In this document: piece by piece, positions 13,501 to 27,998 of the stretch
Layout of the letters: each line of letters starts with the position of its first letter
Numbering within the stretch: the first letter of the stretch is position 1
Made by a program: the position numbers and the translations under genes
Notes under the pieces: generated by a model
The model's database searches: none
What the model saw: the letters and a program-made list of their open reading frames with translations, nothing else
What the model was told of the DNA's origin: nothing
Source: Marsupella aquatica
Lineage: Eukaryota > Plantae > Marchantiophyta
NCBI GenBank assembly: GCA_973895155.1
Contig: OZ316891.1
Location: forward strand, 13,175,037-13,239,036
DNA length: 64,000 bases
Direction of reading: 5' to 3'

Positions 13501-16500
13501 TCCTTGTACTTTTCCTGGAGAGCAGAATGTACGAAAAAGGGGAGCTTAGACTCGGTAAACAGTAGACTCAGTACAAGTGCCTTAAGTTTCTACCAAAAGC
13601 CCCGCCAAAAGCCTCCCACGTGGGTTACACATTGGCATCACTTGTGCTTGCAATTGCTTCGGTTGGAATTCGCTTTGAGCTCTGAAGTCCGTGTTGTGCT
13701 CATAGAAGTGTATCTAGCTAGAATCCGTCACCAGTCTGATCGTAGGGTAAACTTTCGATGAGTAAACTTTGCATGATTGAATGTCCTTTAATCGACTCAG
13801 TCAGGCTGAATGTCAAACTCCTTAAAGCTGCCTCCAGCCCAAGGAATAAGAAATACAAAAGAAATGTAAATTATGAATTAGAATCCGCTCATGCTTGATT
13901 CAAGATACCAAAGGTCTTATGAAGAGAGGTCGGTGTAGAAGAGAAACAGACCACAGAAGCTATTTCAGTCGATATTGCGCAATCCACTTACTTATCAGCG
14001 TGAGTTCGCCTGTCTGAATGTCTTTCGCTTTGAACTTTCAACTTGAAATTGAACCAGACAGTGCTGTATAATAAGCTCAAGATTCACAAGACTGTAACAA
14101 GCGACAACTTACGTGCGGCTGACACATAAATCGACCACCATTGCTAGACACTGACAATCAGGCACCACCATCTGAAGACGCAAAATTCTTGTTCTTGCTG
14201 ATCGATGAGCATAAAATTTCAGCCTCCAATCGTCGACTCAGCAACACGCCGAACCCAGTCATCTTGTAGATTTTCGATCTAATTGATCTACTCAGGAACT
14301 CAAAATCATATGCCAAGCGCTGGAATCCAGATGCATGTAATTTTGCCAGTGCTGTTCACGAAAATAGATGGCAACCTTGTGAGCATTTTCAAACTGCACC
14401 TCGAATTCCAGCTCACTCAAAATTACCGTACGAACGACATTCCTTCTGTGGCAGAACGTTGCAACGGACTCGTGAATCCAATTGCGCTAGTTAGAGCCCC
14501 TTAATTACCGTCACATTACGCTTTGCATGTATCGTCCTCCGGTATCCCCGGACTCAGATCATCATGATTAATTAATAAGCCCAGAAGCGCCGATTCCGCA
14601 ATCGCCGCGGTTGGTACTCTGATGATTGCGAGACGTCGCGGTACGATGATTTTCTCCGGAAAACCGGGATATGGTATGATTGCCTGGCGGGCAACCTGGT
14701 CTCCTCTAAAGCCCTAAGGCAGTGCCCACTTTAAGCTGCAGAACCAAGAAAAAAGCCATTGGATGAATGGACGGACAGCAATTTTATGGAGAATGCCTGG
14801 ACAGGAGGGAAGTATTCAACGAATCGCGAAAGTTGACTGTCAGTGGCGTCCAACGCTCGAAGTTCATGCGACTCTTTCCCGCAGTTTACTAGTTCGTGCA
14901 CTTTCACTTTTTGGTACTCATCTGTTCCTTGTTCAGTCGGGTCACATGTCCAATTTGGATCTCAATCTGATTTGGTGGAATGATTCTGCAGTCTTTATCA
15001 CGAAACTTGTTGACGCCGCGAAGGATCCAAGATCCCATTACTCATCAGACATTTTGCATCAAGGGACCTCCAGTAGTTCTGATTCTACTCACCCGCTAGT
15101 GGGGCCCGTGTGGTTCCCTTTTTTCTAATGGGGCCGTGCTATCAAAAACTTACTTGACAAATGGATTGAGTTTTTACATAGAATCTTGCATTTATTTTCT
15201 CCAGACCTGATACACTTTTGCTCAAGCATTGTAACTACTGTACATTCTCACTTTAGTGTACGTTATGGACCTCACATTTCAATAGGTGAACGCTGACTAT
15301 ATCTTAATGGCCCTAAGGTCTTGTAAAGCTGCCTTAAAAAAAAGGACTCCAAACCTAAAATCTGTTGCAATAAAGTTCAATTATTTAATATAAACCCCTT
15401 GAAGGAAGCAACCAAAGTTTGGAAATGTTTGGACCACCTTTGGAGGGCGGTCTAAATTCAATACAAAATAAGCACTCCATGTCAGCATTTCCTTGAGTTT
15501 GCTGCTTTCCATGTAGTAGGATATGAAAGGGCCTTGAGTTCTTTTAAGCCAAGTGCAGCTATTTCCACATACTTCTCATTCTACAATAATATAATATCCA
15601 AATGAAAGTAAGGGGCACTCATTTGTTTTAAGGGAGTACTAAGAAGTAGTGAGGAAGTAAATAAGCGGGTAACCATGATTCCAAAAAACTGCCACATGTC
15701 ATTACACTATTCATTGTTGCCACCTGTTACTAATTGATTGGTGGTTTTGTGAGCTTCCTATTCCTTTGAGAGGGAGTGGGTTAATACTTAGGGGCATTTG
15801 CACACGGTATAAGACACCTTCATGAGGTGAACCCCTGGCCAGCATCTTGCTTCAAATTAATTCATGCTAAATATTTTAGAATGTTGAAACCACTCCTGAT
15901 TTAGCTAGGTGGGTACATGACTCACTGGTAGTATTAACTGTTGTCCTAAATAAAGCATCGAGCTCATTCTTAATCAGAAGTTCTTATAAATGTGAACCTT
16001 GTTGTGAATCTGGGCATGCATTCAATGCATATTTTGAGTAAGAATACCTCGTCGTTTTCTCCTTCAATCACATAAAGGTGTCCCTCTCTGAACAATCTTG
16101 TTCTCGTTTTATGAAGGAGACCTTTGAATTTGTGCCACCACGAGGAGTCAGTGTTTCTTCTAAAGACTAGAATAAGCTCCCCTTTGAAGTCCCCTGTCTG
16201 TAATCACACATCAAAATGTGGTAATTAATTATATAAGGTGTGCAGTCATTGATTTAATTAACGAAAATACTGAGGTTTATTGTTGTATGGACATGTAATA
16301 CACCGTATATGCTCTCACGTGTCTTTCACCTGGACCATTCAAAAATGTCAAAAATGTTTGTGACGTAGAAGCTAATCTTTCTAGAGATAATATCCCAGGT
16401 TCAATTTTTACAATTCGAATACAAGGGAGGCTGGATCAATTTGTGCTGGAAACCATCTCTAAAGGAAACTGTGTATTGAGAACGCTGCAGAGTGCCAAAT

Positions 16501-17186
16501 AAGAAGAGGCTGAGGGATCCTGAATTGGAGGAAGATCTACGGACTATCTACTGTAACTAACCTAGATCTAACAGCTTAAGTAATTACCGCAAAGTAAGCA
16601 AAAGAGACAGTAGACTTGTGGCTCCTGATGTAGCTCCTGATGTGTCTGATATATCTTTAAGCCCCTAGACACATACTACCAGTTCTATGGCTACCTATCT
16701 TACGATCGAGTAGCCTGTAAGTACCAAGAGAGTACATGCCCAAAGGACCTTGATGTCTGCAGCAGCACAGTTACTGGTCGTGTTACCTTCATCTGTTCCT
16801 CGTCTCAGGGCCACATCTCTGACTAGCTTCCACTCCTTGGATGGTTTCGTTCCCAATGCTTTACGTACATTTAAACACCAGTATGATCTGAGTAGAAAGC
16901 TGAAATGACAGTAATGAGTTCCAGAAAATCACTTACAGTAGCTGACTTCCTAGTTCCACACTCTGTCAGTACGCAGGACAATAGGGAACAGGAGTTACCG
17001 TGACGTACTCAGACACGTACTTGCTTGGATTGGTTCGTCTCTGCTTTGGATTGGTTGGTTTCTCAGAATGGCAGAACAGCAATTCTCAAAGCATTGAAGG
17101 GACCAAGGACAAATAAAGTTTGCAACTTGTGCCATTCTCTCACCTGATTGAAACCCAGTTTAGGGGTAAAGGGTTTAGGATCCTCT

Positions 17187-17252
17187 TCAACAAACTCGTT
17201 GTTCAGTTGGTCCTAATTATCAACAAACTCGTTGTTCAGTTGGTCCTATTTA
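17187..17252. repeat. 33-bp tandem duplication
   Basis: tcaacaaactcgttgttcagttggtccta(a/t)tta occurs twice in tandem. Confidence 0.85.
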
Positions 17253-17745
17253 TCAGTAACTTCCACAACTTACAACGGCAACATCACGCATCAGTCACAA
17301 CCATATGAGCCGAGACAGTTGCTAGCTTGTTGGCACAGTATGCAAATGGCTCAGTCACGCACAATACGTGATCACTATGTACAAATCGACCTCAGGAGTC
17401 GTCGTCAATACCTTCACCGACCCGTATTACAGAACAGTTCAAAATTTGTAACCACGACGCTGCTAGCTTGAGAAGGAAACAAAACGCAGAACTATACCAT
17501 GTGCTGTCCGATTATAAGGTAAGGAAAGCTACTATCGCAAATGCTTAAAGAGCAATCAGAGGTTTCCAAAAGAGGTTTCCGACATGAATCGCGCAGGAGC
17601 TAGATTCATGTCGTTAACCGCTACTGGCACCAGATCGAAATTGTGACTTCACTTGACTTTCTTTTCTCACACTTTTCATTAGTTTGCACCGTCTTTGTTC
17701 GACATCTTGATCTGACATTGGACCGTTTGGACAGGCAGAAGTTGC

Positions 17746-19307
17746 TCATGGCCTATACATCTGCTCATTGCATTGGCATCTCCAGACTTCAGGATAGTAC
17801 TCGTCATCGGTTTTGACACCACCGATGGGAACGTTCACTGGTTCGCAAGGAGAGCACGTTCCGCAGCTGCCAATACACTTGGGTGGGCGCGATCCAAAAC
17901 CTGGGCCCATAAATCGTGGCATTCCCTCTAATTCTCTCCGGGCATCGAAACCGACGTTGACCATACTCGTGGCTACTGCACGGTTTGCATTGCTGTCGCT
18001 TATGGGATATATATTTACGCCCTGCATCAAAAAAGTGTTCGTAGATGGTCAGGTGTAAGTTGTCAGGTCAGATGACCATGTTGAATGAATCGAAAAAGGC
18101 GTAGAAATCTTTGCATTGCAAGCTCATTTAACTGTGGAGGTCGTCCGAGCTTGTTTCACACCGCCCACCTCTCTACCGATGCCTTAACATTTGAACAGCC
18201 CAAGTGCCCATTGCAATTCCAATCTAGTATTGTGGCTGGATGAAAGGCTAGGCTATCTGACAGACAGCTGAGTGTGCATGATTGATCTTTTGTAACTAAG
18301 TGATCGCAAGAATCGTTAAAAATTGGATGCTCTGGGATGTACTTAGAGAGCTACATTTGGTTTCTGTTACTCTAATTTCCTCAAATGGTGTGCCCAGTGA
18401 TATCACAGCATTATGATCGTGAATAGGTGAGCATGAGCAATCTGAGATCGAGATACCCAGACACTACGCAGCTTACTGAAAACGCTCACTCTCTATTTCA
18501 AATAAGCGTTTGATCCTAGATTGAAGCTTATAAACGTTTAGTAAGCTTATAAAACGAAAAACAGCTGTCCCCATTATTTTTGGGGGGGCGAACTCAGATG
18601 TGGTGAGTGATGTTTCTAGATTATGGTATAGAGAGTATTTTTTTCTTTCGTGTCAAATATATTCGAAGTGACCAAAGACATGCACTGGACGAGGAAAACA
18701 AATGCCATGCATGATACTCAACATTCTATGATATCTTCACTTCACAGTACGCACCTTTGACAGGGAATCCTCTCTCACAAAGACTTGAACTGATATTTTT
18801 AGCAAGACTTCCCGGGAAGCAACTTTGTCGATAGCTCCTCCTGAAAATTTAAAGGAGACACGTCTCAGTCTGTACTTGCGTTGAATCTTCGTCCCTTGCA
18901 GCCATGCCAGCTCTATCACTCATAGAGGTGGATTACAAGTTACTGCTAGTAGTACTGGGAACTTTCCTTCACGTATCTTGGTACTGTATATGTGGACAAA
19001 TGAAGTGTTCCGTCAACATAACATACAGATTTAACATACAAATACGTCGGTCCTCTCCATTAAAATAATGTTAATGATATGCACACCGACTGATAACTCG
19101 TGATTTTGCAAAGCGTTCTTGTTACGTACTCTATCAAGATAACCGATCAAGTCCCTGTGTAAGACCGAGACAATGCGAAAAGTCACAGAAAGAAGAGTTC
19201 GTCGATAAATTAAGAAAGCGCAACGCACCGTTAGGAAATCGGCGTGCTAAAGCCATAAGAGGGAGACTCAGGAAGAGCAACCATGTGATCGACCTGCTCA
19301 ACATCAT
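17746..19307 (-). CDS. EPFL: EPIDERMAL PATTERNING FACTOR-like secreted cysteine-rich peptide (EPFL4/5/6-type); predicted exons 19229-19307, ~18755-18912, 17746-18021
   Basis: The last exon encodes GSRPPKCIGSCGTCSPCEPVNVP...EYYPEVWRCQCNEQMYRP*, the 6-Cys EPF mature domain. Exon 1 encodes a signal peptide (MMLSRSITWLLFLSLPLMALA) ending AAC G|GTGCG (phase 1). A middle exon ending AAG|GTGCGT restores phase 0 for tgcag|GGC at 18021. The middle exon's acceptor is uncertain. Confidence 0.85.
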
Positions 19308-22300
19308 TGCGGATTTACTCTGTTCATATCCTGCCTGTGCCTCATCCCCCAAATCTCGATCTCTAAGAAGTTTGCCTTGGACACCAAAACTCCATATATG
19401 ACACGCACTCTTACTTCACAGTCTACCCACCGGCATCCCTTATCCAAAAACTGTTATAGAGTGAACATCTGCGCATATGAATCTCGACTTGATGACTTGC
19501 CCGTCAGATTTTCGTGTTGAGGTAATTCCGACGCAAAATTATTCCTCCTACTCTCTGCATGAAATCGGTATGGACATCATATGCACAGACCTTGTTCGAG
19601 AGAATTTCACTTTCTACTGCATTCTAGAGTCGTTTCAAAACTTGGAAGGGTGTTGTCTGCTCATCCAAATATTGTCGAGTCTCTCAATAATCACCCCTTG
19701 AACATAGTTGTGATGCAAGTACCGGAAGATTTAATGCTCCAAACGTCGATAGTTTGCTGCTTCGATGAATTACTACGGAAGTGGTGCACATGATGATCAT
19801 CGGTCCGAAACTCAAATTTTCTCAGACATTGAGATCAATGCAGCTCGATCGATCGCATCAGCTTTGCATTTCCCCCTTTCCTGAAGAAACACTTCTCTCA
19901 GCAGTAGAAACGCAGAATCTTGACGAGCTACCGGAGGCCAGCTTACTACTACTGGGGTGAATTGCGATCTACAGCTGAACAAAGATTTTGGCATGTGCGC
20001 TGGATTCAAACCCCAAGAGTGTGAGAAAGCGAAGCGAGTAGATTGTAGCCAAGCTACGCGCAACACCTAGCCGCAGTAGCCCTCAGCCCACCACGTTTGC
20101 AGTACCCACATCCTGTTGCTTGTACTTTTTTACCCATCATCATCAGTTTACAGTAGGATTCGCCTAGCCCCTCTCTGAAAACTCCGCTTTCCTTATTCAC
20201 TCGCACTTCCACGGGTACCGGAGCGTCCATCTTCGTGTCGCGGTGATGCACGGCATACATCAGATCGCGCGAGTCATGGCCTCAATGATCGTCTGACAGG
20301 CAGCAAAACTGTCTGGCTATAGACGGCAAAGTCACGATCAGCTAGACGTACGTCATGACAGTTGGGGTGTTGTGATAGAGATGTCATGAACATAGCCAAT
20401 GAATTGGAGGCTTCAAGTAAAAATGAATTGTATTTCAATGTCTTATTGTCCAGCTTGATGTGTATCCGAAATTCGGGACCATGTAATATTGCGCTTTCGA
20501 AACGCTCCTGCGCTATCCCTGTACAGTACGTAGACATCGATTATTGCAAGATTCTTGAAGGAATTGTATTCCTTGCCTTTGATCTGATCATGCTAAATCG
20601 GTCCAGATGCCTCCATGAGCTTCATTGTCGTTAAAGGGAAAACAGACTTGTTCAATCGCAAGAGAGTTGAGAACACTTCGACCCTCAATGTACGTACAGC
20701 AGTCAACGCATTTCTGTAAACATCGTACGTAGCTAGTGGCCTCCCATTGATCTGACGGATCTGGCTATCCGTCGATCTCACAGACGCTCTCCGCTGCAAC
20801 TATAACTTATTGGAGTCCTGAAATTTATATCCAGATCACTTCATGTTTCAATTTCGTGATTGCAAGTAAAGCTTGGCTTCCATCATCCTATTCTAGCTTG
20901 GATGGCAAGCCACCGAAAGGACTAACTTGACTGTACCCATGCTCTTCGTAATAGGAAAAAGCAGATCGATGGTCAGATTTTGACCGTGATGGACAAGATG
21001 TCATGAACTACTTCAATTCTCGCTTCAATTCAGTACTGTACTTTGATTTTCCTACATCAGGTTATAATGCGATATCTATATTGATTGAGTGCAGGCTGCT
21101 TGGCTTGGCGGCGAATGTCTATATAGGCTCTCGGATATGGCACTGTTGCTGAGGGTAATATTGGAAAAGTGTACCAGGCGTCCATTTCTGTGAATTCAAT
21201 AAGTATTGAATTGTTTTCTGCGTTGCTTGGCGGTCAAATGTCTATACAGCATGGATTGTCAGTAGCTCGAAGTACTCTTGCAATTTCCGCATATATATTG
21301 TAGTATTCTGTTCGAGTTCTAACAACTACAGGTAACCAAATCCCAAGTAAGTAGTTGTCCATCGTTAATGCTAACTCTACGCTATCCTACCATAGCCAAC
21401 ACGAACATGTATAATACTGTACTTTGTGCTAGTGCTCAAATTAAGGCCCTTACCTAGCGTAAGATGATTGCCATTTGGACTCGCAGAAATAGCTCACGCC
21501 ACTAGCTCTTACTACTATGACCTATGACACAATCCTGAAAGTCCTGTAAGTTTGATTTAGCAGCTGGTGACAGGAGCTACAGTAGCTAATAAGACCGAAA
21601 TATTAAATATTGTGTGTTGCTCGCGTGTTCGTGTACGAAGCCAACCAGACGACAAGTGAGTAAGAATCTGAGCATGAATGCAATCCATGATTAAAGGAAG
21701 CCAGTGTCAGACGCACTGCCTTCATCCAAGCAACACCAAGGACTTCGACATCCCGAAAGAGAGAGATCTAATCTATTGCCTAGCTCGACGTACGATTCGA
21801 ATACGTGGGGATCGATGATGGGCAGAATCACTAATAATGGATCACATTGCGGATCGATCGGAAAAGCTCCCAAATAGTCGAGTCTGGTTTTCAACAAGAT
21901 TCCGGATTACAGTACCGTCCTTCCTCTTATCGACCTCCATTTCTCGCGCTCCATGCATTCACCAGCTTGATTCGATCCGTTTGGATTGGGGGGCCTTGAG
22001 CACTACTAGCATAGCATGCAGTACATGACTGAATATTGTGCGTGTTGCCTAGGAGCTATGCAGAATGCATGGTACTTGATGACCAATGCAGGTGGCCGCG
22101 TACTCGTGAACGAGTAAGATATTACTTATTAGTTCATATAGATGCCATTCAAGACAGGCTGGTCGTGAAAGTAGGCCGCACTTCGAGCTCCGCATGGGGA
22201 GCCATTGATCGATCGATCGAGCAGTTACCGTGGAAATCGCCGACTATTTCATATGAACATACATAGATGACGATTAAACTTCCTCCTCAGTTGGATCCAG

Positions 22301-22485
22301 TAATAGTACACTGTACCTATGACCTGCAGCGTAGCAGTGAGTGCAGCAGTGCACCCATTATTTTCCCATTATTTTGGACTGTCAAGCGCGCAGGTGTTTC
22401 AGGTACCTCTCAATCGATTGAAGCTCTGCCCATGTCCGAATGGACAGAATCGGGCCTTATTTGAGAAATTCAATTGGAACCAAAT

Positions 22486-22616
22486 TGTCCCTGGCTAAAG
22501 TCTTTCCCATCCAGGGAAAACCATATAACATTAAAATCCAGGGAAGAGCACTGTCCCTGGCTAAAGTCTTTCCCATCCAGGGAATACCATATAACATTAA
22601 AATCCAGGGAAGAGCA
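22486..22616. repeat. 66-bp tandem duplication, near perfect
   Basis: tgtccctggctaaagtctttcccatccaggga(aa/at)accatataacattaaaatccagggaagagca occurs twice. Confidence 0.9.
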
Positions 22617-24509
22617 TATGGCATTGCAGGTAAGGTGGACGCCACGAAATGGTTTCAGTTAAGCTTTTCTTTTATGTTCCTTGTGTAAGTAAAATGAAAG
22701 CGTTTCTCACTCTTGACAGTGTCATGATATGGAAGTGTAACTTGATAGTTCATGATATGGAAGTAAGAGATTGTTTTTTGGTCTTGCGGAGTACATTATG
22801 GACAGTGGAGGCCTTCCCCTGGTTCTGTTATTACTTTTTCCTTTAGGCAGAGGGTGTCAGTGCACTTCAGCAGGCTCAGGCATTCATTATTCTTGGGAGA
22901 GGTGAGGCCATAGGTTTTAGGACCTCTAGTCAGATTCCTTTGTTGGATCCCCCTATGCAGTGTAGACCATACATAGCTCTACCAGGCTCTCTAGTTTGCG
23001 AATAGGTAGATTTTAGGTTTTTCTACCGGGCTCTACAGTTTGCAAGGTTTTAGGTTTTTTCTTCTTGGCTGTTGCTCACCTGGGACTGTCCTTTGGTTTG
23101 GCTCCTTGGTGGCCTCCCCTTGATTGGATCTTTTGCCTTTGGGATTGTGTCTCAGGGTTGGAGGCCTTTTGTATTTTGGCAGTTGAAACAATGTTTCCAA
23201 CTTCATGATCAACGGTAGAAACATTGTTTGTCCACATTATAAGGTTCCAAACGATGAACAGCAGGCTACCAAGAATTTATTGTGAGCTTTTACAAGGTTA
23301 GGATATGGCCGTATTGCTCAAGGTCCATACCCCAAGATTCATGTGGCACCTGACAAGACTAGTCTCAGTTATTTTAAATTGGTTCCTGTGAGTCAGCCAT
23401 TCGCTTTTTCGTATTTTGCAAATTCAGAGCCTGATATGAACAGGTTTGCCTTGCATCGATCACCGGGAGAGCGCAGAAGAACGTTATGAGGACTTAATGA
23501 TTCCAGTGTGCATTCAGTATATACAGTCTGATAGAATTTCAGACGCTTTAGACTCTTACAATCTACATAATTTTCTCTTACGGGCGATGCTTGTTCCCAA
23601 GATTGTGAAGTGACTCGTTTTCTGATCGTGTAGCTTCTGACAGATACCTCCACTGAAATGACATCTGTCATCACAGTGATCCAGTGGTGCTTCTAGCTCC
23701 TTGGATTATTATTTCCATACCTCCTAATGGCAGACCATTCTATTGGTGTGATCTTTTCTACGTCCTCAAACACAGCTTCTTCTGTTAAAACCTCCGAATC
23801 CATCGTCTCCACCCGAAATTATGAGGTCAATTTGACTCGACAGTTCGTTCCAATGATAATCATCAATACCCTGTGACGTGCGAGGCAATTCAAGGATGTT
23901 CATCACAATCACGGAAACAATGTCGTTCGATGGTCAAGCCGTCATCCCATAAACAGAACTACATCACCGACAGTTGCGCTGAGGACCCAAATTCGCAAGC
24001 AAGCGCAACTTGTACGTCCCAATAATGTAACAAACGAAAACTGGCACATAAAACTGGCAACAGGAACAGGAATGAAACCCTGCAACAAATGCACATCCCA
24101 AATGGAAGAATTCGTCCCACATCAATATGCACATAACCCTCACTGTTTCTGCATTCATTGGTTACAAGAGTGAAGTAAGCTGGTCATGATTTGCAACATG
24201 ACAGACAGTAATCTTACGAGTTTGGGTGACTAGAACAAAGAATCACGCCTTCGTTGAACCTTCATCGAAGACAGGAGCGAGTAATTAACGAACGTTTGCG
24301 GAATGGTGTAATGACATAAAGTTGACCTTAAAAACTTGAGCATGAGATCGGAGATCTAGACCCTGTCACCATGCTTGAAAAGTTCAGCTCATACTAAAAT
24401 TAATCATTTTAAGAGAACTTTGGATGAATGACTTCCAATTGAATCTTCCCCTAATGGTTCAATCCAGTTCAGATGTCCTCCGCAGTCGTGCGATACCAAC
24501 TCTACCTAT

Positions 24510-27500
24510 TTAATCCTTCCTGCTAGATTGAGCTGCGACTTCTGATGCAAAATCTACGACCTTCTTCTCTATCCCTTCCCCTAGATTGAACCGTGTGAAC
24601 CTTCTGACTTGGATGTTTTCCCCCAAAGACGCTATAGCTTCCTTCACAACATCCTTCACCAACTTCTTATCGTCCTTAATAAAGGGCTGCTCCAACAGTG
24701 CGAGCTCTGCCAGCCTCTTGGTTACCCTGCCATCTACTATCCTTGCCCGAATTGCTTCTGGCTTGCTGGCCAGGTCTTCCTTCCCTGATTCCAGCTCCTT
24801 CTCTTTGGCAACCACCTCCGATGGCACATCATCCACACTCACAACCTCAACCAGAGGATACGCAGCTATTTGCATTGCTAAGTCGTCCACCAGCTCCTTG
24901 AACGTTTCTCCTCTAGCTACAAAGTCGGTCTCACAGTTCACTTCTATCAAGATACCGATCCGTCCATCATGAATATAAGACCCTACCAAGCCCTCTGACG
25001 CCAACCGGCTGGCCTTCTTGTCAGCACCGGCGAGACCCTTCTTACGCAGAAATTCCACAGCTTTCTCCAAATCGTTCTCGGTGGAAGTAAGAGCCTTTTT
25101 GCAATCCATCATTCCAGCTCCTGTCTGATCTCTGAGTTCTTTCACAAGGGCAGCTGAAACGACCACAATCTTGTCAGTATTGAGAGGGGCAGGAGGTGCC
25201 TCTTCTGTCGTCGGAGCCTCTACGGGTGTCTCTTCTGCCTTCGGAACCTCTGCGGGTGCTTTGACTGCTGTTTGAGCAGCAACCTCAGCTGCAAAGTCAG
25301 TACCTTTCTTTTGAAGCCCCTCACCAAGGACGTAACGTTGAAACCTGCGGACTTTGATATTTTCACCCAAAGTTGCAACAGTTTGCTTCACTAAATCTTT
25401 CACTAGGATTTTGTCGTCCCGGATGTAGGGTTGCTCCAGCAGGGCAAATTCATTTAGTCTTTTCGATACCCTCCCGTCGACAATCTTTGCACGTATAGCC
25501 TCTGGTTTGTTGACGAGATCCTCTCTCTGAGCTTCCAGCTCCTTCTCCTTGTTCAGCACCTCACCTGGTACATCTTCCACGGACACATACTGCACTTGCT
25601 GGCTGGCAACCACTTGCATCCCTAAGTCCTCCACTAAACTCTTGAAAGCTGCTCCTCTCGACACAAAATCTGTCTCACAATTCACTTCAAGTAGCACCCC
25701 AATTCTGGAATCATGAATGTAGCTCCCTATCAAACCTTCAGATGCAATTCTGCTTGCTTTCTTGTCAGCGCTTGCAAGGCCTTTCTTCCGAAGAGTTTCG
25801 CGAGCCTTCTCAATGTCACCCCCTGTATCTGTAAGAGCTCTCTTGCAGTCCATCATGCCAGCACCTGTTTCATCTCTGAGTTGTTTAACAATGGCAGCAG
25901 AAACCCCCACTTCCTTACTCTCTACGACCGGGGGCTCCTCGACTGTGGGAGCATCAGCCACTGCAACCGACTGCTCTTCAGCAGATGCTTCTTCTTCTAC
26001 TACAAAGGGGGAGTTCTCAACCACAGCAGCAACCTCTGGAATCGCCTCTTCAGCAATCTCCTCTTCATCAACAGGGGCAGCAGCCTCTGGCACGGGCTGC
26101 TCTTCAGCAGCAGCTTCTATGGGAAGTCCTACACCAGCAGCCTCTGTCTCTGGAACGAATTCTCCCAACCTCTCATCCATTGTCAATCCCTGAACAGTAA
26201 CAGGGGCTTCTTCTACGAACGAAATCTCCTCAGCAGTAGCAGTAGCCTCACTAACAATGTCCTCTACAGAAGCAGGGGCCTCTGGAACAACTTCCTCGTC
26301 AACAGGTGGACCTTTGACAACGGTGGCGACGGCCCCTGGAAGAACATCCTTCTCCTCTGCAACAGGGGACTCTCCCACGGAAACTGTGATATCAGCCATG
26401 ACCTCTTCAACAAGAGCAGCTGCCTCTGCGATAACCTCTTTTACCGCAGAAGCTACGGCCTCTGGAACGACATCCTTCTCCTCTGCAACCGGGGATGCTC
26501 CCAATGCAACTGTGAAATCAGCTATGACCTCGTCTACAACAGCAGCTGCCTCTGCGATAACCTCTTCTACCGCAGCAGCGACGGCCTCTGGAACAACATC
26601 CTTCTCCTCTGCAACAGAAGACTCTCCCACTGCAACTGTTTCATTAGCTATGACCTCTTCCACAACAGCAGCTGCCTCTGGGATAATCTCTTCTAGAGCA
26701 GCTGCCTCTGGGATAACCTCTTCTTCAGCAGCTGCCTCTGGGATAACCTCTTCTACAGCAGCAGCTGCTTCTGGGGAAGCAATTTCATTTTCGGTCACCT
26801 CCTCTTCAACAGGGCTAGCGGGTTCGGCCGGAATCAGATTAAAGGCACGAAAAGCGGTCTCAAAGGGATTCGTCGCAGCGCTATCCTTGCCCTTGTTGAT
26901 TTCCCGATTCACACTGCTAATGTCCACAATTGGTTTCATTGTGAGTACAATCTTGCCCCGATCAATCTTCAGCACCGTCGCCTTGATTTTCTCCCCTGTC
27001 TGCAAGGAGGATTCGGGGGCCATGTTCTCACCTCCTGGGATGTCGGAGTAACGAAGAAATCCTTCCTCATTTTCCGGAAGCTCAACGAAAACTCCTGACC
27101 TTATCTTATTCTTCACAGTTCCCTCTACCTCTTGACCTTTGGAAAGTTTCGTGGGAGGCTTCTGTGGCTCGTCTCGCCTGTTCTGCCTTCCACCTCCGGC
27201 AATCCTTCCTCTATTCACAGGCCTCCCATCAGGTCCTTGCTGGAAACGAGACCTATCACTTCCTTCTCTCACGTCACCTGTCTTGGCAGCAGCCTCCTTG
27301 GCAGCAGCTTCTCTTTCTTCCTTGTCTACCATGGCGAGAGCTATGCGACCAGATGATTGCTCCACATTGAGTATTGTAACTTTCACCTCTTGCCCCAATT
27401 TCACAATATCGCCTACATTACTCACATAGCCAGTACTCATTTTCGAGATGTGAACGAGCCCGTCTGTGAAAGCACCGAAATTCACAAACGCTCCGAATGA

Positions 27501-27998
27501 CTGAATTGTTGTCACATTTCCTGTAAACACCGCTCCTTCGACCAATGCCTCCGCAGGAACGGTAGGATCCTCTCGTCTGGCCTTTTGGCCAGGAATCCGA
27601 GGCTTGAATCTCTCTGCCTTTGCGGGTGGCGGGGGGGCAGCAGCTGGGACGGACTCTGCATTCTCCTCTGAGCCCTCACTGACGTCTCCAGGCGCCGGAG
27701 TCTGTGTTTCGTCAACGGCAATGCTTCCCTCAACAGCTGCAGTGAACACATGTCTCGATGAACAACTTGCAGTTTCAGGCCCTGAGCATGACCTTCTCCG
27801 CCTTCCAAACACAGAGTCCAAAGGCCGGAACGAAATCGAAGACTTGACAGACGCCTTGTCCATATTTCCATGAGGTACTGCTCGAGTGAGCGCTGACCCT
27901 GAAGAAACTAATCTCTTTGGCTGCCATATTCTCGCAGCGCTGCAGGAAGGACAAAGCGACTGCACTGGCCCCGAAATCAGGAGCGCTGCAGGTGCCAT
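24510..27998 (-). CDS. PETs: Plastid polyprotein of EF-Ts (PSRP-7 S1 domains + two EF-Ts domains), 1162 aa, single coding exon
   Basis: The protein has a Ser/Arg-rich transit-peptide-like N-terminus and two S1 domains ([28 protein letters not shown]; [18 protein letters not shown]). An acidic Glu/Ala linker is followed by two EF-Ts units ([19 protein letters not shown]...EVNCETDFV; [19 protein letters not shown]...EVNCETDFV). This is the architecture of Arabidopsis EMB2726 and Chlamydomonas PETs. Confidence 0.95.
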   Translation of the reverse strand: MAPAALLISGPVQSLCPSCSAARIWQPKRLVSSGSALTRAVPHGNMDKASVKSSISFRPLDSVFGRRRRSCSGPETASCSSRHVFTAAVEGSIAVDETQTPAPGDVSEGSEENAESVPAAAPPPPAKAERFKPRIPGQKARREDPTVPAEALVEGAVFTGNVTTIQSFGAFVNFGAFTDGLVHISKMSTGYVSNVGDIVKLGQEVKVTILNVEQSSGRIALAMVDKEEREAAAKEAAAKTGDVREGSDRSRFQQGPDGRPVNRGRIAGGGRQNRRDEPQKPPTKLSKGQEVEGTVKNKIRSGVFVELPENEEGFLRYSDIPGGENMAPESSLQTGEKIKATVLKIDRGKIVLTMKPIVDISSVNREINKGKDSAATNPFETAFRAFNLIPAEPASPVEEEVTENEIASPEAAAAVEEVIPEAAAEEEVIPEAAALEEIIPEAAAVVEEVIANETVAVGESSVAEEKDVVPEAVAAAVEEVIAEAAAVVDEVIADFTVALGASPVAEEKDVVPEAVASAVKEVIAEAAALVEEVMADITVSVGESPVAEEKDVLPGAVATVVKGPPVDEEVVPEAPASVEDIVSEATATAEEISFVEEAPVTVQGLTMDERLGEFVPETEAAGVGLPIEAAAEEQPVPEAAAPVDEEEIAEEAIPEVAAVVENSPFVVEEEASAEEQSVAVADAPTVEEPPVVESKEVGVSAAIVKQLRDETGAGMMDCKRALTDTGGDIEKARETLRKKGLASADKKASRIASEGLIGSYIHDSRIGVLLEVNCETDFVSRGAAFKSLVEDLGMQVVASQQVQYVSVEDVPGEVLNKEKELEAQREDLVNKPEAIRAKIVDGRVSKRLNEFALLEQPYIRDDKILVKDLVKQTVATLGENIKVRRFQRYVLGEGLQKKGTDFAAEVAAQTAVKAPAEVPKAEETPVEAPTTEEAPPAPLNTDKIVVVSAALVKELRDQTGAGMMDCKKALTSTENDLEKAVEFLRKKGLAGADKKASRLASEGLVGSYIHDGRIGILIEVNCETDFVARGETFKELVDDLAMQIAAYPLVEVVSVDDVPSEVVAKEKELESGKEDLASKPEAIRARIVDGRVTKRLAELALLEQPFIKDDKKLVKDVVKEAIASLGENIQVRRFTRFNLGEGIEKKVVDFASEVAAQSSRKD
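26270..26770 (-). repeat. Coding tandem repeats in the PETs linker: ~120-bp (40-aa) unit x3 plus 30-bp (10-aa) unit x3-4
   Basis: Protein repeats (V)[37 protein letters not shown] and EEVIPEAAA. At the DNA level gcagctgcctctgggataacctcttct recurs at a 30-bp period. Confidence 0.85.

Noticed and set aside
24586-27873. Long plus-strand ORFs (e.g. 25713-26696, 26257-27051) overlapping PETs
   Set aside because: These are antisense shadows of a repetitive, codon-biased CDS and show no independent domain signal.
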